A DNA stretch of 64,000 nt. It comes from Smithella sp. GTDB lineage: Bacteria; Desulfobacterota; Syntrophia; Syntrophales; Smithellaceae. The stretch covers positions 27,528 through 91,527 of the forward strand of contig JBKQWB010000003.1 of NCBI GenBank assembly GCA_052139735.1. Reading direction: 5' to 3'. This document shows positions 33,516 to 43,170 of this stretch, piece by piece (positions within the stretch are counted from its first letter, which is position 1; every line of letters begins with the position of its first letter). The notes beneath the pieces were generated by a model that was given only the letters and a program-made list of their open reading frames with translations, was not told where the DNA came from and did not search any database. Made by a program: the position numbers and the translations under genes.

Positions 33516-36020
33516 ATGGGGGGAAACACCGCTTCGAAAATCAGCAATCAGCAATCTCTACGGGTGTTAATGATTGATGATTCGGAAAATGATGTGTTGC
33601 TTATAATCCGTGAACTTAAAAAAGGCGGATACAATCCGGTATATGAACGGGTAGAGACCGCCGTTGCGATGAAAATAGCCCTTAAAGATAAGCAGTGGGA
33701 CATTATTCTTTGCGATTATAAAATGCCTAATTTTAACGCTTTCTCAGCCATTGCCATATTGAAGAAAGCAAATATCAATACCCCTCTTATTCTTATATCG
33801 GGAGCTATTGGTGAAGAAACAGCCGTTGAGTGTATGCGTTTGGGCGCCCAGGACTACATCATGAAAGCTAACTTTTCCCGTCTATGCCCGACCATAGACA
33901 GAGAATTAGAAGAGACAGAAGTTAGAAACAATAAAAAACGGGCGGAAGAAGCGCTGCATCATAGTGAGGAAAAACATCGAGCCATTCTGGAAAATATCGA
34001 GGAAGGCTATTACGAAATAGACCCTAAGGGTAATTTCATTTTTTTCAATGACTCAATGTGCCGAATCCTTGGATATACACAGGAAGAAATGATGGGCGGC
34101 AACAGTCGTCAGTTTACAGATAAAGAAAATGCAAGAAAACTTTTAAAAACATTTAATGAAGTCTATAAAACAGGGAAACCTGCCAAAGGATTTGATTGGC
34201 TGGTTACAAGAAAAGATGGAACTCAAAGATATATTGAAGCATCGGTGTCACTGCTAAAAGATTCATCAAATAAACCGGCAGGATTTAGAGGAATTGCACG
34301 TGACATGACTGAACGTAAACTCATGGAAGATAAGTTGCACCATGAGGAACAGCGTTTTAGGGCTTTGATAGAGCACTCCTCCGACATAATTGTTGTCGTT
34401 GATCTGACGGGCACCATCACTTACATAAATCCTGCCGTGGAGCATGTTCTGGGATTCAAGCCTGAAGAAAGAATCGGCCGCAAAGGATTTGAGTTTATTC
34501 ATCCGGATGACCATAAATTTTTAGTTGATTCGTTCACTACTTTAATCTCGAATATAACCCCCCTTGTCGTAAGAGGTGAAATACATCTTCGTCATAAGAA
34601 CGGAACCTACCGCACTTTGGAAGCTGTGGGAAGCAACCTGATAAGCAACAATGTAGTTCAAGGTATAGTTCTCAACTACCGTGACATCACCGAGAGCAAA
34701 CGTACGGGAAAAACTTTGAAAGAGAAAGAGAATCGTTTGCGAGGCATTACTCAAAACTTGCCGGGAATTATTTTTCAATTCTATGCAAAAGACAACAACG
34801 AATTTGGAATGAGTTATGTCAGTGAACGCCTGACGGAATTTCTGGGAATAAAGGTAAAAGAAGAAGATCCGTTCCCCTTATTCCTTTCTCGTGTCCACGA
34901 GGAAGACAGGAGCAGATTTCTGACCTCAATTAAAACAGCGATGGAAACAGGAAATTCCTGGAATTTTGAAGGCCGGGTCGCCATACAATCCGGCGAAATA
35001 ATCTGGTTCCAGGGGTTGGCCACACCGACGCGCCAAAAAGACAAAGTGATCTTTGACGGAATTTTGCTGGATATTACCGAGCGCAAACAGGCCGAAGAAA
35101 AATTTCATAAAATATTCATGACATCCCCGGACTGTATAGCAATTACACGTATGAAGGATGGACTCCTCATTGACGTAAACATGGGCTTTGAGGAGATTAC
35201 AGGATGGAAAAGAAGCAATGCCATAGGACGAACCTCTTATGAAATAAATTTCTGGAGTAATACAACCGACAGAGATTTCATGGTCAACGAATTAAGGTCC
35301 GGCAGAGATATCCTGCATCATGAATTTGAATTCCGGCGAAGTGACGGCTCTGTGCGTGCCGGTATCTATTCTGCCCGATCTATAAGCATCGATGGCGAAA
35401 CATGTCTTATTTTTATCCTGCAGGACATCACCGAGCACAAGCGAATGGATGCAGAACTTCAACACACCCTTGACAGTCTCAGAAAAGCCTTTGGCACGAC
35501 CATTCAGGTCATGATATCCGCTATAGAAATGAGAGATCCCTATACGGCCGGTCACCAGAAAAGGTGTGCGGACATTGCCAGAGCCATTGCCACGGAGATG
35601 GGATTCATGCAGGAGAAAATTGATGGAATCCGCATGGCAGGCACTATCCATGACATCGGGAAATTATCCACACCTGCTGAGATATTGACCAAGCCTACAA
35701 AACTGACAAGAATAGAATTTTCACTGATTAAAGAACACTCCGTAAGTGGATACGAGATGTTGAAGGATATAGAATCCCCCTGGCCATTGGCAGAAATAAT
35801 TTACCAGCATCACGAACGAATGAATGGCTCCGGTTATCCAAGAAAACTGAAAGGAGATGAGATTCTTATCGAGGCCCGCATCATGGCCGTGGCGGATGTT
35901 GTGGAGGCCATGTCTTCTCATCGTCCTTATCGTGCGGCGTTGGGTATTGAAGCAGCTCTTGAAGAGATCGAAAAAACAAAGGCAGTCTTTACGATAATGC
36001 CGTTGTCGATGCCTGCCTGA
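33516..36020 (+). CDS. Response-regulator receiver / multi-PAS / HD-GYP phosphodiesterase (conserved C-terminal tail is out of frame)
   Basis: N-terminal REC (LRVLMIDDSENDVLL...), repeated PAS-like blocks, and HD-GYP motifs HDIGK and HHERMNGSGYP. The last 13 residues are non-homologous, and the conserved tail continues in another frame to 36055. Confidence 0.85.
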   Translation: MGGNTASKISNQQSLRVLMIDDSENDVLLIIRELKKGGYNPVYERVETAVAMKIALKDKQWDIILCDYKMPNFNAFSAIAILKKANINTPLILISGAIGEETAVECMRLGAQDYIMKANFSRLCPTIDRELEETEVRNNKKRAEEALHHSEEKHRAILENIEEGYYEIDPKGNFIFFNDSMCRILGYTQEEMMGGNSRQFTDKENARKLLKTFNEVYKTGKPAKGFDWLVTRKDGTQRYIEASVSLLKDSSNKPAGFRGIARDMTERKLMEDKLHHEEQRFRALIEHSSDIIVVVDLTGTITYINPAVEHVLGFKPEERIGRKGFEFIHPDDHKFLVDSFTTLISNITPLVVRGEIHLRHKNGTYRTLEAVGSNLISNNVVQGIVLNYRDITESKRTGKTLKEKENRLRGITQNLPGIIFQFYAKDNNEFGMSYVSERLTEFLGIKVKEEDPFPLFLSRVHEEDRSRFLTSIKTAMETGNSWNFEGRVAIQSGEIIWFQGLATPTRQKDKVIFDGILLDITERKQAEEKFHKIFMTSPDCIAITRMKDGLLIDVNMGFEEITGWKRSNAIGRTSYEINFWSNTTDRDFMVNELRSGRDILHHEFEFRRSDGSVRAGIYSARSISIDGETCLIFILQDITEHKRMDAELQHTLDSLRKAFGTTIQVMISAIEMRDPYTAGHQKRCADIARAIATEMGFMQEKIDGIRMAGTIHDIGKLSTPAEILTKPTKLTRIEFSLIKEHSVSGYEMLKDIESPWPLAEIIYQHHERMNGSGYPRKLKGDEILIEARIMAVADVVEAMSSHRPYRAALGIEAALEEIEKTKAVFTIMPLSMPA

Positions 36021-36256
36021 GTTTATTCCGGGAGAAGGGCTACAAACTTCCCTGAGATGAAAATTGCAAAATGGTTGGCATTACGGGCAGCAAAAGTGAT
36101 TTAGCTCCTATTGATAATATCTTATCAAATCAAAATACTTACAAGAAGGGGATGAATTTGTTTTTGCCTGTTTGTTCTAAAAAAAATCACACTTCTTGGT
36201 TCAAAGGTGGTATAAAGGCGCCGTAAAATAACTATTTAAATTTCAGGGGGAATATT

Positions 36257-38659
36257 GTGGTTGATGCCAGCAGGATAAAAGGCCTTTTGGCGAAAAAAAT
36301 TGTTGTTCTGGATGGTGCCATGGGCACGGAACTGCAAAAAATGGGAATGCCAGGCGGCGTTTGTCCGGAACAGTGGTGTCTCGATAATCCGCAAAATATC
36401 CGGGAATTGTACTTATCCTATCAAAAAGCGGGAGCGCAGATAGTCTATACTTGCACATTTGGCGCCAATCGTTTTAAATTAAATCAACACGGCATTAAAG
36501 AAAGTTCCTATCAAATCAACAATAAATTGGCGCGTCTGGCCAAACTCGCGGTTGGTAAAAAAACTCTGGTTGCCGGAGATATAGGCCCGACCGGTTTATT
36601 TATCGAACCGTTCGGTACACTGGCCTTTGAAGAAGCAGTGGATGCATTTAAAGAACAAGCGCGCGGTTTGATTGACGGCGGCTGCGATCTGATAGTTATC
36701 GAAACTATGATTGACATTCAGGAAGCTCGTGCTGCGCTGCTGGCGGTCAAAGAAATTAAAGATATTTTTACCATTGTTTCCATGACATATGAAAAAGACG
36801 GTCACACTCTTAACGGCACTGATCCGGTAACCACTCTTATCACTTTGCAGAGTCTTGGCGCAAATGCTGTAGGCTGTAATTGTTCAACCGGTCCTGAAAA
36901 AATGGTAGATTTCATCGCAGCCATGAAACCATACGCTACCGTGCCGCTGGTGGCAAAACCCAATGCCGGAGTTCCTCGCCTCGAAGGCGGGGAAACTATA
37001 TTTGAAATGGATGCGAAAACGTTTGCGTCCTTCGGACGCAATCTTGCAAAAGCGGGAGCGAACATGCTGGGCGGATGCTGCGGAACAACACCCGTGCACA
37101 TCCGGGAACTTGCCCGGGCAATCGCGGTTATCAAACCCAAATTGCCTGCAAAAAAATCAATCAGCGCTCTGAGTTCGGCGCGCGGATTTCTCCATTTCAC
37201 CGAAAATCAACCTCTTTTCATAGTCGGCGAAAGAATCAACCCCACCGGTAAAAAATCCCTGCAACAGGAACTGACGGAAGGGAAAATGTCCATCATTCGC
37301 CAGATGGCTGCCGAGCAGGAAAATCAAGGCGCGAATTTGCTGGATATAAACATCGGCCAACCCGGTATAGATGAAGTTAAAACAATCAAAGAAGTAATTG
37401 GTCTTTTAACCACAACAAGCAAACTGCCGCTTGCTGTGGATTCTTCCAATATAAAAACAATTGAAGCCGCATTACGGATTTATCCGGGCCGAATGCTGAT
37501 TAATTCCATTTCCGGCGAAAAAGAAAAGATAGCCAAACTTTTGCCCCTGGCCGCAAAATATGGAGCCATGTTCATTTTGCTGCCTCTGACTGGCGGCGAA
37601 GTACCGCAAACAGCGGAAAAGCGGCAGAAAATTATAAAAAATATTTTTCAGAAAGCGAAAATTTTCGGCTTTACCAAAGATGATTTTATTGTGGACTGCC
37701 TGGTTATGGCTGTGGCGTCCAACGCCAGTGCCGCACAGGAGACACTTAAAACTCTGCACTGGTGCGCGCACACTTTCAAAAGTAAAACGATCTTTGGACT
37801 CTCCAATGTGTCTTTCGGCATGCCAGGACGCCCATGGCTTAACGCGACTTTTCTGGCAATGGCACAATTCTGCGGATTAACAATGGCCATTGCAAATCCC
37901 GCAAGCCAGGAAATGATGAATATAAAAATAACGGGAGATGTTCTTCTTTCCAGAGACAAAGACGCATTGCGTTTTATTAAACATTTTTCCGCACAGATTA
38001 ATGCTAATTCCGTAACTTCCGCGATAAAAACTATTACGCCGCAGGAAAAGATCGCTGAAGCGATAATGAATGGCGACAGAGAGAATATTTTGCCTTTAAT
38101 AGAAAAAGCGCTTTCTACCGGCGTTTCAGCTCAGGATTTGGTTGATAAGAGTATGATCCCTTCCATCGTTCGCGTCGGCGATTTATACGAAAAGAAAATT
38201 TACTTTTTGCCACAGCTAATGTCCGCCGCAGAAGCAATGAAAAAGGCGCTTGCTTATCTGGAGCCGCATCTGAAGAAAGGATCTACCGGAAACAAGGGTA
38301 AAATAATACTGGCAACTGTGAAGGGTGATATTCACGATATCGGGAAAAACATTGTCGCTTTGCTTTTGAGAAATTATGGCTATTATGTTATTGATCTGGG
38401 CAAAGATGTCGCTGCGGAAACAATAATTGCGAAAGCAAAAGAGGAAAACTCAGATGTCATCGCCCTTTCCGCATTGATGACCACAACGATGGTAAATATG
38501 AAAGATGTGATAACACTGGCACGGGCAAACGGAATTCAAAAGCCATTTATGATTGGCGGCGCGGTAGTTACCGAAGCTTACGCAAAATCTATCGGGGCGT
38601 CTTTTGCCAGAGATGGCGTGGAAGCCGTTAAGGTAGTGGAAAGATTAATTAAAAAATAA
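36257..38659 (+). CDS. metH: Cobalamin-dependent methionine synthase core (Hcy-binding, pterin-binding and B12-binding modules; no activation domain)
   Basis: 800-aa ORF with Hcy S-methyltransferase N-terminus (VLDGAMGTELQK, GGCCGTTP), a pterin-binding middle, and a B12 cap plus binding domain with GDIHDIGKN (DxHxxG). It ends directly after the B12 domain. GTG start. Confidence 0.92.
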   Translation: MVDASRIKGLLAKKIVVLDGAMGTELQKMGMPGGVCPEQWCLDNPQNIRELYLSYQKAGAQIVYTCTFGANRFKLNQHGIKESSYQINNKLARLAKLAVGKKTLVAGDIGPTGLFIEPFGTLAFEEAVDAFKEQARGLIDGGCDLIVIETMIDIQEARAALLAVKEIKDIFTIVSMTYEKDGHTLNGTDPVTTLITLQSLGANAVGCNCSTGPEKMVDFIAAMKPYATVPLVAKPNAGVPRLEGGETIFEMDAKTFASFGRNLAKAGANMLGGCCGTTPVHIRELARAIAVIKPKLPAKKSISALSSARGFLHFTENQPLFIVGERINPTGKKSLQQELTEGKMSIIRQMAAEQENQGANLLDINIGQPGIDEVKTIKEVIGLLTTTSKLPLAVDSSNIKTIEAALRIYPGRMLINSISGEKEKIAKLLPLAAKYGAMFILLPLTGGEVPQTAEKRQKIIKNIFQKAKIFGFTKDDFIVDCLVMAVASNASAAQETLKTLHWCAHTFKSKTIFGLSNVSFGMPGRPWLNATFLAMAQFCGLTMAIANPASQEMMNIKITGDVLLSRDKDALRFIKHFSAQINANSVTSAIKTITPQEKIAEAIMNGDRENILPLIEKALSTGVSAQDLVDKSMIPSIVRVGDLYEKKIYFLPQLMSAAEAMKKALAYLEPHLKKGSTGNKGKIILATVKGDIHDIGKNIVALLLRNYGYYVIDLGKDVAAETIIAKAKEENSDVIALSALMTTTMVNMKDVITLARANGIQKPFMIGGAVVTEAYAKSIGASFARDGVEAVKVVERLIKK

Positions 38660-38671
38660 AGCTTTTTCCCC

Positions 38672-39394
38672 ATGAGATTTACAAAAACGGAAAATAAAAA
38701 ATATTCAATAATATCCGCCGCGTGCTTGTCTCTGACGATTCATTTTATTGTTGGAGCGCTTCTAGTGTTTAGTTTATCACATAACTTAATAACCCCTCTA
38801 AAATTAAATGGATTAAATCTGATATGGGTCTCTCTGGATACTAAAATTAAAAATAGCGGCGTTGCAATAAAAAATGCCAGCATTGAGCAACCATCTATTG
38901 CTATGGAAAAAATAGCTAAGAAAATGACAGATATTGAAAAGGCGGCAGGCGCCCAGGAAACCTCACAAATCTATGCGGCGGCAACAAAAGAATCGCTCAA
39001 CATCATTACATCGGCAAAACACGAAGATTCCAGCACGGGAGCTAAAGATCAGCATGATAATATGGCAGGATATAGCGCTAATAAAACCAATGACAAAAGG
39101 TCTGATTCGAACACTGTAATTGTTTATCCTATATATAGAAAAAACCCGAAACCCACTTATCCGGAAATAGCACGCATTCGCGGCTACGAGGGTATTGTTC
39201 TGTTGTCCGCGGAAATTTTGCCCGATGGTCGTGTAGGAAACACAAAAATAAAAAAATCATCAGGATACACCATTTTAGATCAGGCAGCACTCGATGGAGT
39301 GAAACCATGGAAATTTGAGCCGGCCAAAAAATCAGGAAAACCATTTACGTTATGGGTGGAGTTACCTATCACCTTTCACATTTCAGATACATAA
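38672..39394 (+). CDS. TonB-family C-terminal domain protein
   Basis: N-terminal TM anchor and a C-terminal TonB_C-like PTYPEIARIRGYEGIVLLSAEILPDGRV...PWKFEPAKKSGKP. It lacks an obvious Pro-rich spacer. Confidence 0.8.
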   Translation: MRFTKTENKKYSIISAACLSLTIHFIVGALLVFSLSHNLITPLKLNGLNLIWVSLDTKIKNSGVAIKNASIEQPSIAMEKIAKKMTDIEKAAGAQETSQIYAAATKESLNIITSAKHEDSSTGAKDQHDNMAGYSANKTNDKRSDSNTVIVYPIYRKNPKPTYPEIARIRGYEGIVLLSAEILPDGRVGNTKIKKSSGYTILDQAALDGVKPWKFEPAKKSGKPFTLWVELPITFHISDT

Positions 39395-39445
39395 TAAAAA
39401 TTCTTAACAATCATTGAAAAGCATTATTTAGAGAAGGAGAACAGC

Positions 39446-40018
39446 ATGACCATTAATAAGATGAAAGAGAGACTGGGCGAAATAATTCTTGATCGGTCTT
39501 TTAAATATAGCGAAGATCCGCCTTTTACACTCGCATCCGGAAAGAAAAGCAATTATTATTTCAATTGCAAACCGACCACGCTTGATCCCGAAGGCATGAA
39601 TCTTATCGGCGAGATCATTTTTGACATGCTCAAAGATACTGACATAACAGCGGCTGGAGGACTTACTCTAGGGGCTGATCCGATAGCCAACGCGCTGTCT
39701 GTGATATCATACCAGAAGGGAAAACCAATTAAATCTTTCATTGTTCGAAAAGACATTAAAGCTCACGGCACTAAAAGCGCCATCGAAGGCAGTGTCGGAA
39801 CAGGTGAAAAAGTAGCCATTATTGACGATGTTATTACCACCGGCGGTTCCACAATTACCGCAATAGAACAAGCACGCCTGACAGGACTCATCGTCGAAAT
39901 GGTTATCACGCTGATTGACCGGGAAGAAGGCGGCAGGGAAAATATCCTTCAATATGTTGATAATATCAAATCCATATTTACCAGAACCGAGATAATGAAA
40001 CTACGCGCTAAAAAATAA
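39446..40018 (+). CDS. pyrE: Orotate phosphoribosyltransferase
   Basis: 190-aa ORF with PRPP-binding loop VAIIDDVITTGGST. AAGGAG lies upstream of the ATG. Confidence 0.9.
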   Translation: MTINKMKERLGEIILDRSFKYSEDPPFTLASGKKSNYYFNCKPTTLDPEGMNLIGEIIFDMLKDTDITAAGGLTLGADPIANALSVISYQKGKPIKSFIVRKDIKAHGTKSAIEGSVGTGEKVAIIDDVITTGGSTITAIEQARLTGLIVEMVITLIDREEGGRENILQYVDNIKSIFTRTEIMKLRAKK

Positions 40019-40249
40019 ACCTGAAGAACGTTAAATGAACAATACATCCGCCTTAATCTTACTTTTTATTCAGGTATTGGATTCAGGAGCAGATCTCTCT
40101 ATTCTTCCCGCAACTAAATTTACTTAAATTTGAAATGTCCAACGCAATTTTCTATTATTATCATGCGCCGGCATATGATTCACATTGACATATTATTAAT
40201 ATTATCTTATGTTAACAAATGACTATTAATTCTTGTGTCAGGCAAATAT

Positions 40250-40648
40250 ATGGCAAATAAAACAGTAACTTTGTTGTTTTTAGCTTTCCTGCTTATTACC
40301 GGATGCGATGCGGCAATAAATATGAATGGCAAAATTGCCAGCATTAATTCCGGAAAATTCCTTTACCAGGATGGAAATCTTGTCAGCAACTATAAAGCCA
40401 ATATTGATATGGTGTGGCAAGCCTGTGAAAAATCGGTGGCTGAATTAAAGGCGACAGACATTCAAAAAGAACGTAAAATTTCCACAGGTGTGATCAAAGC
40501 CGTCATCCAAGACGAAAAAGTAGTTATAAAAGTTGAATATATAGACAGGGATTTAACTTCAGTTTCCGTATTTGTCGGAACGGTCGGCAATAATATGGCT
40601 TCCCGCCTTATTCATGATAAGATAATTGGCAATCTGGGAAAAGATTAA
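40250..40648 (+). CDS. Small lipoprotein of unknown function
   Basis: Signal peptide with lipobox LLITGC, about 130 aa. The ATG at 40250 is preferred over the GTG at 40235. Family assignment is not certain. Confidence 0.7.
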   Translation: MANKTVTLLFLAFLLITGCDAAINMNGKIASINSGKFLYQDGNLVSNYKANIDMVWQACEKSVAELKATDIQKERKISTGVIKAVIQDEKVVIKVEYIDRDLTSVSVFVGTVGNNMASRLIHDKIIGNLGKD

Positions 40649-40794
40649 CTATAACTCCTGATAACATCAACTATTGAAGACCGTTAGATCATCCGATATT
40701 TGATGTCTGTTCGCCGGGTGTGACCCTCCCGCAAGGGTGGCGCAATAATGAACAATAATTTTCCTTGCCGGTAAAAGCCTTCCCTATACCCGGA

Positions 40795-41988
40795 TTAATT
40801 TTTCCTTGCCAAGAGCAACCCCTTAAGATAGCGCCCCTCGGGATGTCCTAATAAAATAGGATGATCCGGTCCGGCTTCTAATCTTGTTAAAAGCTGTAAA
40901 TCAGCGCCGGCATCCCGCGCCGCGGCAAGGACAATTTTATAAAAAAGATCTTCCTCGATAAAATTAGAGCAGGAAAAAGTAGCTAATATACCGCCTTTTG
41001 TAAGATGTTTAATTGCCTGTAAATTAATTTCCTTATAACCCCGGGAGGCTTTAGTAACATCTCTTTTTGTTTTGGCAAAAGCCGGAGGATCAAGAATGAT
41101 CATGTTGAAGTTTTCCTGCATTTTGCGCAAATAATCAAAAACATCGGCTTCGATTACCGGATAATTTTCAACGGAAAACCAGTTGAGATGCAAATTTTTT
41201 CTTGCAGCAACACAGGCAGATTTGGATATGTCCAGAGAAACAACCCTTTTTGCTCCGCCTTCAGCGCAGTAAACGGAAAAAGCCCCGGTATAAGAAAAGC
41301 AATTCAATACACTGGCATCGCGACTCAACGCTCCCATTTTTTCCCTGTTGAGACGCTGGTCAAGAAAAAATCCCGTTTTTTGGCCTGAGATAATATCAAC
41401 TTCAAATCTCAGAGAGTTTTCCATTATTTCCACGGCGCCGCTTCTGTTTTCGCCAAATACAATACGACTGCTGTTTTCAAACCCTTCCAACGTTCGCGAC
41501 CGGCTCTCGCTATGTTCATAAATCCATTCCGGTTTTACTTGGGAAGCGAGAGCATTTAAAATGTGATTTTTTTGTTTTTCCATTCCAGCGGTGGCAATTG
41601 AAAAAACCAGTGTCGTATTATAGACATCAACAATCAGTCCGGGAAATCCATCGCCTTCGGCATTAATCAAACGATAGGCGTTTGTTTGCTCGCCGATAAT
41701 CTTTTGCCGTAATTTGATTGCGGCCTGCAAACGAGCTTGCCAAAAATATTGAGAAATATTTTCTTCACATCTTCTTGTTAAAACACGAAAAGCTATATCA
41801 GTTTTCGGATTAAAAAATCCTAATGCCAGAGGATTGCCTGCCGAGTCTCTGGCTAAAACAATATCACCCGCGCCGGCATTCCCTTTAATCTCGGCTATTG
41901 CGCCGGAGAAAACCCATGGGTGACCTCGCAGTATAGCGGCTTCCCGCCCCTTTTTAAGAGTTATTTCTGAATAGTTCATTGTTGACAT
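40795..41988 (-). CDS. Class I SAM-dependent rRNA methyltransferase, RlmI/YccW-like (PUA plus MTase)
   Basis: 397-aa ORF with N-terminal KKGREAAILRGHPWVFSGAI (PUA-like) and a C-terminal Rossmann MTase (VLNCFSYTGAFSV, IILDPPAFAK). Confidence 0.85.
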   Translation of the reverse strand: MSTMNYSEITLKKGREAAILRGHPWVFSGAIAEIKGNAGAGDIVLARDSAGNPLALGFFNPKTDIAFRVLTRRCEENISQYFWQARLQAAIKLRQKIIGEQTNAYRLINAEGDGFPGLIVDVYNTTLVFSIATAGMEKQKNHILNALASQVKPEWIYEHSESRSRTLEGFENSSRIVFGENRSGAVEIMENSLRFEVDIISGQKTGFFLDQRLNREKMGALSRDASVLNCFSYTGAFSVYCAEGGAKRVVSLDISKSACVAARKNLHLNWFSVENYPVIEADVFDYLRKMQENFNMIILDPPAFAKTKRDVTKASRGYKEINLQAIKHLTKGGILATFSCSNFIEEDLFYKIVLAAARDAGADLQLLTRLEAGPDHPILLGHPEGRYLKGLLLARKN

Positions 41989-42090
41989 TATATTTTTAAA
42001 TATATTTTCCAGCTTGAAATTGCAAGGTACATTATACTATAAGTGTTAAGAAGTAGCATCGTAATCTTAAAGAGCCAGGGAGTTTAAATA

Positions 42091-43167
42091 ATGTACGCGG
42101 TAATAATGGCCGGTGGAAGGGGCGCAAGATTCTGGCCCCGCAGCAGAGAAAAAAAGCCTAAACACTTATTGGATATACTAAGCGAGAAAACGATCATTCA
42201 GGAAACTGTTGACCGGATAAAAAAGCTGATCCCTCCTGATAATATTCTGGTTGTAACGGGAAAAAAACACGCCGGCACTTTAATGAAACAGCTTCCGGAA
42301 ATTCCATCGCGAAACATTATTATCGAACCGGAAGGAAAAAACACCGCGGCCTGCATCGGGCTTGCCGCACTGCATATTTGCAAAATGGCTCCCGACGATA
42401 TCATGGTCGTCTTGCCCTCCGATCATGCCATCAATGATTCTCAAAAATTTATTGATATTATTGATGCGGCCGCAAAAGTTGCCGCCCGGGAAGACGGGCT
42501 GGTAACAATAGGCATCAAACCTTCCAGCATTCAAACGGGCTTTGGATACATTGAGCGGGCAAATTCCTTTAAACACATAGCCGGTGAAGAAGTCTTTCAC
42601 GTAAAATCTATCCGCGAAAAACCTGATTTTCAGCAAGCAAAAGAATTTGTTCAAAGCGGTAACTTCTATTGGAATAGCGGAATGTTTATATGGAAGACCT
42701 CGATTATATTAAAACAAATCGGCCGCTTCCTACCGGATTTATGCGCGGGATTGATGAGAATAAATGAGGCGCTCGGCTCGCCCCAAGAAGCGGTGATAGT
42801 GCCTCGTGTTTACAAAAAGCTTGCATCCATTTCCATTGACTATGGTGTTATGGAAAAGGCGGATAACGTTTTTATGATTCAGGGGGATTTCGGCTGGAGT
42901 GATGTCGGAAGCTGGGATGCCCTTTGGGAAATATCACCAAAAGATATTAAAGATAATGCGGTGCTGCAAGGCAGTCAGACAATTCTTGAAGATTCAGAAG
43001 GCTCTCTTATTTACAACCCGCGAAAGTTGACAGCACTGGTAGGGGTAAAAGATTTAATAATCGTTGAAACAAAAGACGCTTTACTTATATGTAAAAAAGG
43101 CCGCTCCCAGGATGTCAAAAAAATTGTAGATAAACTGGATTCGGGGAAAATAAAGAAATATCTCTAA
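42091..43167 (+). CDS. Mannose-1-phosphate guanylyltransferase-type nucleotidyltransferase
   Basis: MYAVIMAGGRGARFWPRSREKKPKHLL..., GYIE, FYWNSGMFIW, typical of ManC/GMP family N-terminal domains. Confidence 0.88.
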   Translation: MYAVIMAGGRGARFWPRSREKKPKHLLDILSEKTIIQETVDRIKKLIPPDNILVVTGKKHAGTLMKQLPEIPSRNIIIEPEGKNTAACIGLAALHICKMAPDDIMVVLPSDHAINDSQKFIDIIDAAAKVAAREDGLVTIGIKPSSIQTGFGYIERANSFKHIAGEEVFHVKSIREKPDFQQAKEFVQSGNFYWNSGMFIWKTSIILKQIGRFLPDLCAGLMRINEALGSPQEAVIVPRVYKKLASISIDYGVMEKADNVFMIQGDFGWSDVGSWDALWEISPKDIKDNAVLQGSQTILEDSEGSLIYNPRKLTALVGVKDLIIVETKDALLICKKGRSQDVKKIVDKLDSGKIKKYL

Positions 43168-43170
43168 TAT

